DNA from: Alphaproteobacteria bacterium
Lineage (GTDB): Bacteria; Pseudomonadota; Alphaproteobacteria; Bin95
DNA: 64,000 nucleotides
Assembly: GCA_963665325.3 (NCBI GenBank)
Contig: CAXXWS020000003.1
Coordinates: 736,001-800,000, forward strand
Direction: 5' to 3'
Numbering within the stretch: the first letter of the stretch is position 1; each line of letters begins with the position of its first letter. Shown here in pieces: positions 52,909 through 62,558 of the stretch. The notes under the pieces were generated by a model. It was not told where the DNA came from. It saw only the letters and a program-made list of their open reading frames with translations, and made no database searches. A program made the position numbers and the translations under genes.

Positions 52909-55338
52909 ATGAACTTCATCGCCCCCAGGGCCGAGCCGCTCATCAGGGAGATTCCGCTCTCCCGGCTCGCGCTCGCCCCCGAGAACGTCCGCAAGACCCC
53001 GCCCGATCCCCGGGCCGACGCCGAGCTCAAGGCCTCGATCGCCGCGCTCGGACTGCTGGAGAACCTGGTCGTCCGCGCCGACCAGCCGGGAGAGGACGGA
53101 ACGGACCGCTACGCCGTGGTCGCCGGCGGCCGCCGCCTCAAGGCCATGCAGGCGCTCGTTGAGGACGAGGCGTTCGACGCCGACCGTCCGGTGCCCTGCC
53201 AGGTCAGGTCCGGCGATGCCGAGCCCGGCGAGATCTCGCTCGCCGAGAACGTCATCCGCGTGCCGATGCACCCGGCGGACCAGGTGGTCGCGTTCACGAA
53301 GCTGGCCGACGCCGGCCAGTCGGTTTCCGCCATTGCGGCGCGCTTCGGCGCGTCCGAGCGCATCGTCGAACAGCGCCTGCGCCTCGGCAACGCCGCGCCC
53401 GAGCTGCTCGACGCCTACCGTGCCGACGAGATCGACCTCGAAGTGCTGAAGGCCTTCGCCGTCACCACAGACCGCGAGCGCCAGATGGCGGTCTGGGAAC
53501 AGGTCGCGGCCCAGGGCTACCGTCCGTCAGCCTGGCAGGTGAAGCGCCTGCTGACCGAGGAGCGGGTGCCGGGCGCCACGGCGGTCGCCCGCTTCGTCGG
53601 GGTCGAGGCCTATGAGGCCGCCGGCGGCGCCGTGCTGCGCGACCTGTTCGCCCGGGACGACGAGAGCGGCGTCTGGTTCGAGGACCCGGTGCTGCTGGCG
53701 AAGCTGGCGACCGGGAAGCTCCAGGCGGCCGCCGACGAACTCGCGACCCGCTGGAAGTGGGCCGTGGCGATGATCGAGGTCGAGTGGAGCGACACCGCGC
53801 GCTACGGCCGCATCGAGCCGCAGTCCGGCGCGCCGACCGACGAGGAGCAGGCCGAGATCGCGAAGCTGGAAGCCCGCCAGGCGGAGCTCGCCGAGCTCGA
53901 CGACGACGAGTGGACCGAGGAGACCGTCGCGGAAGCCGAGGCCATCGAGACCCGCCTCGAAGAGATCGAGGGCGCCGTCGAGGCCCGCGCGGTGTTCCGC
54001 CGCGAGGATTTCGCGATGGCGGGCTGCATCGTCACCGTCGGCCACGACGGCTCGCTCCAGGTCATCCAAGGTCTGGTGAAGCCCGAGGATATGCCGAAGG
54101 CGGCGGAGTCCGGCGAGGCCGGCACCCGGGCCGCGAACGGTCACGACGCGCATACCACCACCCATGGCGTCCGCACCGCCGGTCCCGACGATCGCACCGC
54201 CGGCCCGTCGGTCTCCCGGCCCATGGCGCCGCCGCCGGACCGCGAGGCCGAGGCGCGCAAGGAGGCCGGGGTCGGTATCGGGCTTGCCGACGACCTGCGC
54301 TCGATCCGCACCGCGCTGGTCAAGGCGAAGCTCGCCGGCGACTTCGAGGCCGCCTTCGACCTCGCGCTGTTCCAGATGGGCCGCGCCGTGTTCGCGCCGG
54401 GCTACCACGACCACGCCCTCGACATCGCGGTCAAGGAGACCCCGGACCGGCCCAACACCCGCATGAACGACGCCGACTTCGCCGACTGCTCGCCGGGCGA
54501 GGCGATGCTGGAGGACCGCTCGCACCTGTCGATGGACTGGCTGACGATCGAGGACGACGGCGAATCCTTCGCGGCACTCAGGGCCTTGTCCCGGGCCGAG
54601 AAGGAGGCGCTGTTCGCGGCCTGTGTCGCGCGCACGGTGAAGGGCCAGCTCGCCTTCGAGCCCCAGGCGCGGCCCGAGCTCGAAGCCACGGTGGCCCGGC
54701 TCGACATCGACTTCGCCAGGCATGTCCGCCCGACCGCCGGCATGCTGTGGTCGCGGATCGCCAAGGCGCGCGTCCTCGACATCGCCCGCACGGTGTTCGG
54801 CCTGAACTGGGCGTCGGCGCGGTCGAAGTACAAGAAGCCCGCGCTCGCCGAGGCGATGGAAGCCGCCTTCGCCGCCGGAGATCCGCAGGTCGGGGTGAGC
54901 GCCGCGATGCACGCGGCCGCGCTCGCCTGGGTCCCGCCGGGGTTCGCGGCGTTCGACACCGAACGGTCGGTCGGAGACGCCGGGGAGGCGGCGACGGACG
55001 CCGCCGGGACCGCGCCGGCCGGCGAGCCGGAGTCCGCGGAACCCGCTGCCGACGCCGGGACCGAATCGGCGGAGGCGGCGCCGGTCGGCAACCGCCATGC
55101 GACGGAAGCCGCTCCGGAACCGGAACCGTCGGACGCCGCGACGGCGAATGCCGGCAACGGCGCCGCCGAAACGGTCGATCCCGGTCCGAACGCCGATCGC
55201 GGCGATACCGGGGAGGCCGATCACGACACGGCCATCGCGGGCGGCCCGGACGGCATCTCCGGGACCGGTCCGGTCAACGGCCACGACGTGCACCGGGACC
55301 CGATGGAGATCCCGGAATTCCTCCGCCGCGTCCAGTAG
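52909..55338 (+). CDS. long ParB/RepB/Spo0J family protein (ICE type)
   Basis: IPLSRL...ENVRK, SIAALGLLENL, VVAGGRRL, EISLAEN, IAARFG, DLF, C-terminal IPEFLRR. Confidence 0.9.
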   Translation: MNFIAPRAEPLIREIPLSRLALAPENVRKTPPDPRADAELKASIAALGLLENLVVRADQPGEDGTDRYAVVAGGRRLKAMQALVEDEAFDADRPVPCQVRSGDAEPGEISLAENVIRVPMHPADQVVAFTKLADAGQSVSAIAARFGASERIVEQRLRLGNAAPELLDAYRADEIDLEVLKAFAVTTDRERQMAVWEQVAAQGYRPSAWQVKRLLTEERVPGATAVARFVGVEAYEAAGGAVLRDLFARDDESGVWFEDPVLLAKLATGKLQAAADELATRWKWAVAMIEVEWSDTARYGRIEPQSGAPTDEEQAEIAKLEARQAELAELDDDEWTEETVAEAEAIETRLEEIEGAVEARAVFRREDFAMAGCIVTVGHDGSLQVIQGLVKPEDMPKAAESGEAGTRAANGHDAHTTTHGVRTAGPDDRTAGPSVSRPMAPPPDREAEARKEAGVGIGLADDLRSIRTALVKAKLAGDFEAAFDLALFQMGRAVFAPGYHDHALDIAVKETPDRPNTRMNDADFADCSPGEAMLEDRSHLSMDWLTIEDDGESFAALRALSRAEKEALFAACVARTVKGQLAFEPQARPELEATVARLDIDFARHVRPTAGMLWSRIAKARVLDIARTVFGLNWASARSKYKKPALAEAMEAAFAAGDPQVGVSAAMHAAALAWVPPGFAAFDTERSVGDAGEAATDAAGTAPAGEPESAEPAADAGTESAEAAPVGNRHATEAAPEPEPSDAATANAGNGAAETVDPGPNADRGDTGEADHDTAIAGGPDGISGTGPVNGHDVHRDPMEIPEFLRRVQ

Positions 55339-55352
55339 CCGTCCTCGCCCGA

Positions 55353-55394
55353 GGAAACGCCCCGCCGGCGTCAACATGCCGGCGGGGCGTTTCC
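55353..55394. terminator. perfect 17-bp inverted repeat after parB
   Basis: GGAAACGCCCCGCCGGC-GTCAACAT-GCCGGCGGGGCGTTTCC. Confidence 0.65.
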
Positions 55395-55423
55395 GTTTCC
55401 GCATCCGTCATGGAGGTCCGCCC

Positions 55424-56018
55424 ATGAACCGCACGATCCGCGCCCGCATTCACGAGAGCGCCGTGAAGCGGGTAACCAGAATCTACGCCGCCACCGCGTC
55501 GGAGATTCTCGCAGAAATTCTGCAAAACTCACGCCGCGCCGGCGCCACCCGCGTCCGCATTGCCGTTGCCGCCCCCGCCGGCCGGACGAAATCGCCCCTG
55601 CGACGGGCGATACGCCGCTCACCGTCACCATTACCGACGATGGCATGGGCATCGCCGATCCTGCCGTCCTGCTGAGCTTCGGCGAGAACGGCTGGGACGA
55701 CGCCCTGGTCCGCCGCGAGGACGCCGCCGGCTTCGGCTTCGCCAGCCTGGCGCGCCGCAACTGCGCCGTCTCCTCGCGGTCCCGCTCGCCAAACGGGAAG
55801 GTGTTGCCCGGCTGGCAAGTCTCACTGTTGCCGGAGCACTTCCTCGGGGAGGCGGACGCCGAGGTCCGGGCCGACGAGGAAGCGCCGTTTCCGCATGGGA
55901 CGGCGATTTCGTTCCAGGCGACCGAGTCGGCCGCTGCGATCCGCGCTGCGGCGGAGAATGCGGCTCGCCACTACCCGCTGCCCGTGCTGTTCGAGGACCG
56001 CACTGAAGACGACACCGC
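55424..56018 (+). pseudogene. GHKL/HATPase protein, 5' part (frameshifted, transposon-interrupted)
   Basis: ILAEILQNSRRAGA, frameshift near 55580, VTITDDGMGI, DAAGFGFASL, HGTAISF. Continues at 60403. Confidence 0.8.
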
Positions 56019-56165
56019 TGAGCGGGCGCAGGCTTTCAGCGGCGATCAGGGGCTGATCGGCTCGGATTAATCGAGGTTTTGGATTGGGTGCCCCCCGGCG
56101 ATCTTGCAAGAAGGCCGCCGGAGGGCTTGTCTCGGTGACAGTGACATCAACCTGAGACGGCCCCA

Positions 56166-56780
56166 ATGTCGCACAAGCTGTTCCGGCACTCCAATCTCTC
56201 CAACGCCCGGGTTTGGGATTTTCTGAAGCAGGTCGACGCGGCCGAGGCGGAGGCGTGCCGGGCGGCGGGTTGCCCGCGCTGCGGCGGCGCGCTTCACAGC
56301 GCGAGCTACCCGCGCAAGCCGCACGGTCTGGCGGCGAATCTTCGGAACGACGTTCGGCGCTTCAGCCTGTGCTGTTCGGTGTGCCGACGCCGCGTGAAGC
56401 CGCCGTCGGTGCGTTTCTTCGGCAGGCGCTTTTACGTCGGGGCGCTGTTCCTTGTGGTGAGTGCGCTGGCTGTGGCCGGCGGCGCGCGGTTGCAGACGAT
56501 CGCGCGGCGGTGCGGGGTTCCGGCCTCGACGCTGAAGCGCTGGCGGCGCTGGTGGCTGGAAGCCTTCCCGCTGACCCGGGAGTGGCAGGCGAGACGGGGC
56601 GAGCTGGCGGCGCCGCCCGAAGAGGCGCCGCTGCGCCGGCTGCTGCGCATCATGCGGGGCCGTGGCTTCCGCTCGCGGCTGCTGCGGAGCCTGGTCTGGC
56701 TGATGCCGTGGACCGGCTTTTGCGCGCTCGGCGCAGGTCCGGCTTCGCCCGCAGAAAGCGTTTCTATGATGCACGGATAG
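56166..56780 (+). CDS. transposon accessory Zn-finger/HTH protein
   Basis: CPRCGG.LH...YPRKP, FSLCCSVCRRR..PPSVRF.GRR, HTH-like VPASTLKRWRRWW. Confidence 0.75.
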   Translation: MSHKLFRHSNLSNARVWDFLKQVDAAEAEACRAAGCPRCGGALHSASYPRKPHGLAANLRNDVRRFSLCCSVCRRRVKPPSVRFFGRRFYVGALFLVVSALAVAGGARLQTIARRCGVPASTLKRWRRWWLEAFPLTREWQARRGELAAPPEEAPLRRLLRIMRGRGFRSRLLRSLVWLMPWTGFCALGAGPASPAESVSMMHG

Positions 56781-56828
56781 GGCACCGCATCATCGGCACC
56801 TCCACGAAGCAGCGAGGGGGATGCCGGA

Positions 56829-58304
56829 ATGAACAGCAACGACGGGAGCGAGCGTCGCGACCGGTGGGCGCGGTTGCGCTTCGCGGTGGTCGGGCCGCTT
56901 CTGGCCTCGCCGCCGCCGGCGGGGCGGCTGCACGCCGAGCTTGAGCGGCTTGCCGAACGCGAGTGGGATCACCCGTCCGGCAAGGGCCGGGTGCGCTTCG
57001 CGGTGTCCACGATCGAGCGCTGGTACTACCAGGCGCGGGCGGCGGACAACGATCCGGTGGGGGCGCTCAAGCGGCGCCCGCGCGCCGATGCCGGGCGCCC
57101 GCGCGCGATGTCGCCGACGCTGATCGAGGCGCTGCACGAGCAGTACCGGGCGCATCCGTCGTGGTCGGCGCAGCTTCATCACGAGAATCTGGCCGCGCGG
57201 GTCGAGGCCGATCCCGAGCTCGGCCCGATACCGTCCTACGCGACGCTGACCCGGGCGATGCGGGCTCGCGGGCTGGTACGCAAGCGCCGGCGCAAGTGGC
57301 ATGAGAGCGAGGCCAGGCCGGCGGTCGAAGCCCGCGAGGTATTGAGCTACGAGGTCTCGCGCTCTCACGCCCTGTGGCACGCCGACATGCACAGCGCCAA
57401 GCGTCGCGTGCTGACCGCCTCGGGCGAGTGGAAGACGCCGATCCTGCTCGGCTTCCTCGACGACCACTCGCGCCTCGGCTGCCACCTTCAGTGGTACCTC
57501 GCCGAGACCGCCGAGGTGTTCGTCCACGGCCTTTGCCAGGCCTTCATGAAGCGCGGTCTGCCGAGGTCCCTGCTGACCGACAACGGCGCGGCGATGACCG
57601 CGGGCGAGGTCGAGGAGGGGTTGCACCGGCTCGGCATCGCGGGGGTCACGACGCTCGCTTACAGCCCCCATCAGAACGGCAAGATCGAGTCGTTCTGGGG
57701 CACGGTCGAATCGCGCCTGATGGCTCAGCTCGAAGGCGTCGACGCGCTTACCTTGAAGATGCTCAACGACGCCACCATCGCCTGGCTGGAGCAGGACTAT
57801 CACCGCCGCAAGCACCGCGAGCTCGGCATGACGCCGCATCAACGCCTGGCCGGGAGCGTCGACGCGTCGAGATCCTGCCCCGGCTCGGCCGAGCTCAAGG
57901 CGGCCTTCCGCATCACCAGGAAGCGCACGCTCAGGCGCTCGGACGGCACCGTCTCGGTCGAGGGCATCCGCTACCAGGTGCCACAGCCGTGGCGCCACCT
58001 GCGCGAGGCCTGGATCCGTTACGCGCGCTGGAACCTCGCCAGCGTCGATCTGATCGACGGTCGAGGCGGCGAGCGCCTGTGCACGCTGTACCCCCTCGAC
58101 AAGCGCGGCAACGCCGATGGCGTGCGCCGTCCCGCCGGCCCCGGCGGCAACGATGGCAATGGCGGCGCGGGGACGGGGGAACTTCCGCCGCTGCTCAAGG
58201 GCATGCTCGACGCCCAGGCCGCAACCGGCCTGCCGCCGGCCTGGCTGCCCCATGACAAGACGCCCGGTCCGGGCGAGGACGAAGATCGGGGAGATGCGCC
58301 ATGA
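56829..58304 (+). CDS. DDE (rve/Mu-like) transposase
   Basis: STIERWY HTH, LWHAD, FLDDHSR, LLTDNG, NGKIESF, and Mu-type C-terminal DGTVSVEGIRYQV. Confidence 0.93.
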   Translation: MNSNDGSERRDRWARLRFAVVGPLLASPPPAGRLHAELERLAEREWDHPSGKGRVRFAVSTIERWYYQARAADNDPVGALKRRPRADAGRPRAMSPTLIEALHEQYRAHPSWSAQLHHENLAARVEADPELGPIPSYATLTRAMRARGLVRKRRRKWHESEARPAVEAREVLSYEVSRSHALWHADMHSAKRRVLTASGEWKTPILLGFLDDHSRLGCHLQWYLAETAEVFVHGLCQAFMKRGLPRSLLTDNGAAMTAGEVEEGLHRLGIAGVTTLAYSPHQNGKIESFWGTVESRLMAQLEGVDALTLKMLNDATIAWLEQDYHRRKHRELGMTPHQRLAGSVDASRSCPGSAELKAAFRITRKRTLRRSDGTVSVEGIRYQVPQPWRHLREAWIRYARWNLASVDLIDGRGGERLCTLYPLDKRGNADGVRRPAGPGGNDGNGGAGTGELPPLLKGMLDAQAATGLPPAWLPHDKTPGPGEDEDRGDAP

Positions 58305-59134
58305 ACCGGGAACTGCTCACCTTCTACGGGCTCAAGTGGAACCCCTTCGCCACCGACCTGCCGGTCGACAGTCTCATGGCGACGCCTGCCGTCGACAGCT
58401 TCTGCCTCAGGATCGAGCGCCACCTGGTGCGCCAGGGCGGCTTCGCCTTGATCGCCGGCGAGCCCGGCGCCGGAAAGAGTGTGGCGTTGCGCCTGCTCGC
58501 CGACCGTCTCGGCCGCTGCGAGGGGCTCAGCATCGCCGCCATCACCCATCCCTCCTCCCGGCTGTCCGACTTCTACCGCGAGATCGGCGAGATGTTCGGC
58601 GTCGACCTGATGTACAACAACCGCTGGGCCAGCTTCAAAAGCCTGCGCGAGCGCTGGCTCGCCCATGTCGACGATACCCGCATGCGCCCCGTCGTGCTCG
58701 TCGACGAGGCCCAGGAGCTGCTGCCCTCGGTGTTCTCCGAGATCCGCCTGCTGGCTTCGACCGACTTCGACTCGCGCGCCATCCTCTCGGTCGTCCTCGC
58801 CGGCGACACGCGCCTGCTCGACAAGCTCCGCCAGCCCGATCTGCAGCCCATCGCCTCGCGCATCCGCCAGCGCCTGGTCATGACCAAGGCCGAGGCCGGC
58901 GACCTCGCGGCCCTGCTCGACCATCTGATCGAGCAGGCCGGCAATCCCGGCCTCATGACCGCGGGCCTCAAGGACACCCTGGTCGCCCATGCCGACGGCA
59001 ACCCGCGGGCGCTCACCGTCATGGCCGACGCCCTGCTCGCCGCCGCCGCCGAGAAGGAGCGCGAGGTCCTCGACGAGAAGCTCTTCATCGAGACCCTGGG
59101 CGAACCCGCCAAGCCGAGGAGGGCGCGGCGGTGA
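58301..59134 (+). CDS. ExeA/TniB-like AAA ATPase (transposition helper)
   Basis: FYGLKWNPF, GEPGAGKS, VLVDEAQEL, VVLAG, IASRI, GNPR. ATGA overlap with the transposase. Confidence 0.9.
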   Translation: MNRELLTFYGLKWNPFATDLPVDSLMATPAVDSFCLRIERHLVRQGGFALIAGEPGAGKSVALRLLADRLGRCEGLSIAAITHPSSRLSDFYREIGEMFGVDLMYNNRWASFKSLRERWLAHVDDTRMRPVVLVDEAQELLPSVFSEIRLLASTDFDSRAILSVVLAGDTRLLDKLRQPDLQPIASRIRQRLVMTKAEAGDLAALLDHLIEQAGNPGLMTAGLKDTLVAHADGNPRALTVMADALLAAAAEKEREVLDEKLFIETLGEPAKPRRARR

Positions 59135-60129
59135 AGGGCTTCCCGACACGGGCGCCGGCGGAGCTCGAAGAGCGCCCCCAGGCGCGCCGCTGGATGGTCG
59201 AGGCGTTGTGGTCCGAGCAGGGCGTCGGCATCGTCGGCGGCGAGCCCAAGTGCGGCAAATCCTTCCTCGCACTCGACATCGCCGTCGCGGTCGCCGCCGG
59301 CGTCCCCTGCCTGCGCCACTTCCGTCCCGCCGCAAGCGGCCCCGTGCTGCTGTTCGCCGCCGAGGACGCCGGCCATATCGTGCGCGCACGCCTCCAGGGC
59401 ATCGCAAAGGCGGCAGGCACCGCGTTCGAGACCCTCGACATCGCCGTCATCGACGTGCCCACGCTGCGTCTCGACCATCGCGCCGATCGCCAGCGCCTGG
59501 TCGAGACGGTGGAGCGCGTCTCACCCCGCCTCGTCGTCCTCGACCCCCTCGTGCGCCTGCACGGCGTCGACGAAAATACCGTCGCCGAGGTCGCCCCCAT
59601 GCTGGGCTTCCTGCGCGACATACAGCGCCGCTTCGAAACCGCCGTCCTCCTCGTCCATCACGCACGAAAGAGCGGCGGCTCCCGGCCCGGGCAGGCGCTG
59701 CGCGGCAGCAGCGAACTTCACGCCTGGGGCGATTCGAATCTGTACCTGCGCCGGCGAGACCGCCAGATCCTCATGACCGTCGAGCATCGCGACGCCCCTG
59801 GCCTCGAAGACCTCGAGATCGAACTCGCCGACGACGACGAGCGCCCCGCCCTGCGGTTGCGCGAGACGCCGGAAGACCAGGCGCCGGAGCCGGATACCCC
59901 CGAACGGCGCATCCTGCAGGCCCTCGCCGACGCCGACGCGCCGCTCTCCCAGCGCCGGATCCGCGAGCGCGCGGCAACCCGGCCCGCAACCGTCGCCGAG
60001 GCGCTGCACAGGCTCGTCCGCGAAGGACGCGTCGAGCGCGCATCCGAAGGCGGATACCGCCTCGCCGCCCTCAACGGCAACGACCGCAGGGACACGTTAC
60101 CGAAAACCGTTACCGCCTCGAACCCCTAG
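59131..60129 (+). CDS. RepA/AAA_25 RecA-family helicase-like ATPase with C-terminal winged helix
   Basis: GTG at 59131 overlaps the previous TGA. WMVEALW, GGEPKCGKSFLAL, FAAED, VVLDPL, LVHHARK, LRGSSEL, and wHTH-like ILQAL...LSQRRI...AL.RLVREGRV. Confidence 0.85.
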   Translation: MKGFPTRAPAELEERPQARRWMVEALWSEQGVGIVGGEPKCGKSFLALDIAVAVAAGVPCLRHFRPAASGPVLLFAAEDAGHIVRARLQGIAKAAGTAFETLDIAVIDVPTLRLDHRADRQRLVETVERVSPRLVVLDPLVRLHGVDENTVAEVAPMLGFLRDIQRRFETAVLLVHHARKSGGSRPGQALRGSSELHAWGDSNLYLRRRDRQILMTVEHRDAPGLEDLEIELADDDERPALRLRETPEDQAPEPDTPERRILQALADADAPLSQRRIRERAATRPATVAEALHRLVREGRVERASEGGYRLAALNGNDRRDTLPKTVTASNP

Positions 60130-60156
60130 GGAGAGAGGGTAACGGTAACGGGTAAC
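60096..60156. repeat. origin-like inverted iteron cluster
   Basis: GTTACC at 60096 and 60109, central CCCTAGGG at 60124-60131, GGTAAC at 60138, 60144 and 60151. Confidence 0.75.
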
Positions 60157-60402
60157 ACCGCTCCCATTGTCACACTGCGTAAAGCGGCCGGCCCGTGGCC
60201 GGAAGCTTGCTTACGGCCATGGATGCACTCCGTCGGAGGGACGGCGGCGGGTCACCCGAAGGGCCGGAGCGCAGCGCAGGAGCCGCGAAGCGGCTTGACG
60301 CGCCGACGGCCGTCCGACACCCCCGCCGTCACGCCCGGCCCGACGCCTGAAAACCATCGAACAACGTGACCATCCCGCCATCAGATACCGAGAGCACACT
60401 CA

Positions 60403-61568
60403 CCGCCATGCCCGAAGAGTTGCCGCGCCGCGCCTTCCTCGACGGCGCGGTCCATGCCGAGCCATGGCGGGGGCTCGTCTTCGGCGTCTTCCCCAATCGC
60501 CGCGCCGGCTACAGGGACCCCGACCTCAGCTTTTTCGGCCTGACCCTGACGGTCGGCCTGCCCACGGTCGAGACCGTACACGGCGCGACCTGGACCGTCC
60601 TGGCCGATGTATGCGACTGCCCGGACCTCGAACTGGTCCTGCCGGCCCGCAAGGAGGCGGTCGAGAACGCTTTCCTGAAGGAGATGCGCGAGGCCGCGCG
60701 TCTCGCGATCTACCGCGCCATGGCGGCCGATTCCTCTCCGCGTCCCGCTTTCGAGGACTGGACGCGGGCGCGCGAGGCCGGCATCGACATCGCGCCGCCG
60801 CCGGCCGTGCTGCGTCCCTGGCGGCCCTCCATCGCCAATGTCGACGACTGGCGCGACCCGCCGAAACTCGCCGCTGTGGCCCAGGACGCTCTGGTCATGG
60901 ACTGCGATCCCGAGCCGCCCGACGCCCAGGCGCTCTGGCGCGCCGCCGAGCGGGAGGGTGCCACACACCGCCTGTTCGAGGCCGACCGCCGGCTCGAAGG
61001 CTATGGCTGGTACGACGCGCTCGACCGGGCAACCCGCATCGCAATCGAGGTCACGCTGGACGGCAAGCGCCGTGCGCTCGGCGACGCCCCGCTGCCGGAG
61101 CGGACGGGGCCGACCGCGGCGGAGCTGCCGCCCAGGCCGCAAGCGCTCCGCATCGAACTCGCCGTCCGGGCGGCGGACGGAGCGGCGGACACCCTCAGTC
61201 TGCCGGCCGATCTCGCCTTCGCGGGCGAGGCCTGGTCCTGGCTCGACGACGCCGTGCCGCTGGTGACCGCGGACAGCGCGCTCCAGCCGCACGAGCTCGC
61301 CGCGCTGCTTCGAAACGGATTCTTCTCGCCGTCCGACGACGCCGGGGCGGACAGCTACGAGACCCAGCGCGACCGCTTCGACGAAGACGCACTGCACCTG
61401 GCGACGCGGTTGCTGCTCAGCGACGACGAGGCCTGCCGGACGTCGATCGCCGAGGCCGTCCGGCGCGATCTGATGTGGTTCTGTCCCCAGGGCCGCGCGG
61501 TCGAGATCAGCGTGTGCCGGCCCGACGTGACGGTTACGCTGGCCGCCCTTGGGGAGGCCGCGCCATGA
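60403..61568 (+). pseudogene. GHKL protein, 3' part
   Basis: In-frame continuation MPEELPRRAFLDGA...LELVLPARKEAVEN...FSPSDDAGADSYETQR. Confidence 0.8.
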
Positions 61569-62044
61569 GCCGGCCCTGGACCGTGCAGGTCGGCTACAAC
61601 GCACACCATTGCAACACCGTCACGGTCGAGGCCGATACGCTTGAGGAGGCGCTGGAGAAGGCCATCGAGGACGCCAACGAGGACGCCGCGGGTTGGCGTT
61701 CGAGCGATCATTGCTCGGAGTCGTTCGTCGATACTGTTTGCGAAGGCGCCGGCGTCGACCCGTGGGGCGAAGGCTCGCTGCCCGTGCCCGACCGCTTCTC
61801 CGAGCATGGCGAGCCGCCGGTCGTGACCCTGGCCGGTCCCGTCCCGCCGGGCGCCGTCCGGGTCTCCGGCGGCAGGGTGACGGTCCGTTTCGAGACGGAT
61901 GCCGGCACGATCGCGGCGGAAATGCGCGACCCGCCGCATCCGCCCGCAAACAAGCCCTTGGTGACGGTTTCCGTCGGACCCGACGGCAAGCCCCGTGTCG
62001 AGGTCACCGGCGGCAGCGCCCGCGTCCGCATCCTCGACGGCTGA
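61565..62044 (+). CDS. hypothetical protein
   Basis: MSRPWTVQVGY...VTVEADTLEEALEKAIE; ATGA-coupled to the upstream gene; GGAGG RBS. Confidence 0.75.
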   Translation: MSRPWTVQVGYNAHHCNTVTVEADTLEEALEKAIEDANEDAAGWRSSDHCSESFVDTVCEGAGVDPWGEGSLPVPDRFSEHGEPPVVTLAGPVPPGAVRVSGGRVTVRFETDAGTIAAEMRDPPHPPANKPLVTVSVGPDGKPRVEVTGGSARVRILDG

Positions 62045-62204
62045 TCCGGCCGCCGGCCGGTCGCCGCCGCCGATCCTTTCTCACAGATGGCGCCCTCCGC
62101 TCCGCCCGGAGCGGGGGCCGGCATGCGTCCGGGCGAGGCGGGGCAGGGGCGCGGGAGCGTCCCGGTTCCGCATGTCCGGCGTTCACCAACAGGAGGCCCA
62201 GCCC

Positions 62205-62426
62205 ATGCAGCATACCGCCGCCCATGTCCCCGATCGCGCCGCCAGTGTGCCCGCTCCGCAGGACCCCGGCGACGAGGCGCAGAAGCGCGCCATCGCCGAC
62301 GCAGTCTGGACCGACCTGCTCTGGCTGATGCCGACCGGCCGCACCGTCACGGTCACCGTCCGCGACGGCAGGGTCGCGGTCGAGCTCGGCCCGCCCGGCG
62401 CGGCGCCGGAGGTCCCGGCCCACTGA
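62205..62426 (+). CDS. small protein paralogous to the C-terminus of the upstream GHKL protein
   Basis: AGGAGG RBS. DEAQKRAIADAVWTDLLWLMPTGRTVTV versus DEACRTSIAEAVRRDLMWFCPQGRAVEI. Confidence 0.7.
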   Translation: MQHTAAHVPDRAASVPAPQDPGDEAQKRAIADAVWTDLLWLMPTGRTVTVTVRDGRVAVELGPPGAAPEVPAH

Positions 62427-62558
62427 CCCGGCCGGGTTCGGCGCCCGCCTATCCCGTGTCCGTATTGCCATCGCGCCCCGTCCCGCCCGCCGGGCCTGCC
62501 TCCCCGGATCGGCGTCCGGGGCGGGGCGTTTCCATTCCACCCCATTGAGGACGCCGCC

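Larger units (their letters stand above)
56019..60402 (+). mobile_element. 4384-bp four-gene DDE transposon (TG...CA ends, CCGC target duplication)
   Basis: Ends TGAGCG...CACTCA, with CCGC at 56015-56018 and 60403-60406. Removing the element restores the host frame EDDT-A-MPEEL. Confidence 0.88.

Noticed and set aside
56013-60406. Alternative 6-bp target duplication CACCGC for the transposon
   Set aside because: Formally possible, but it would remove the terminal CA; TGAG...CTCA ends with a 4-bp CCGC duplication fit DDE chemistry better. Other copies would decide.
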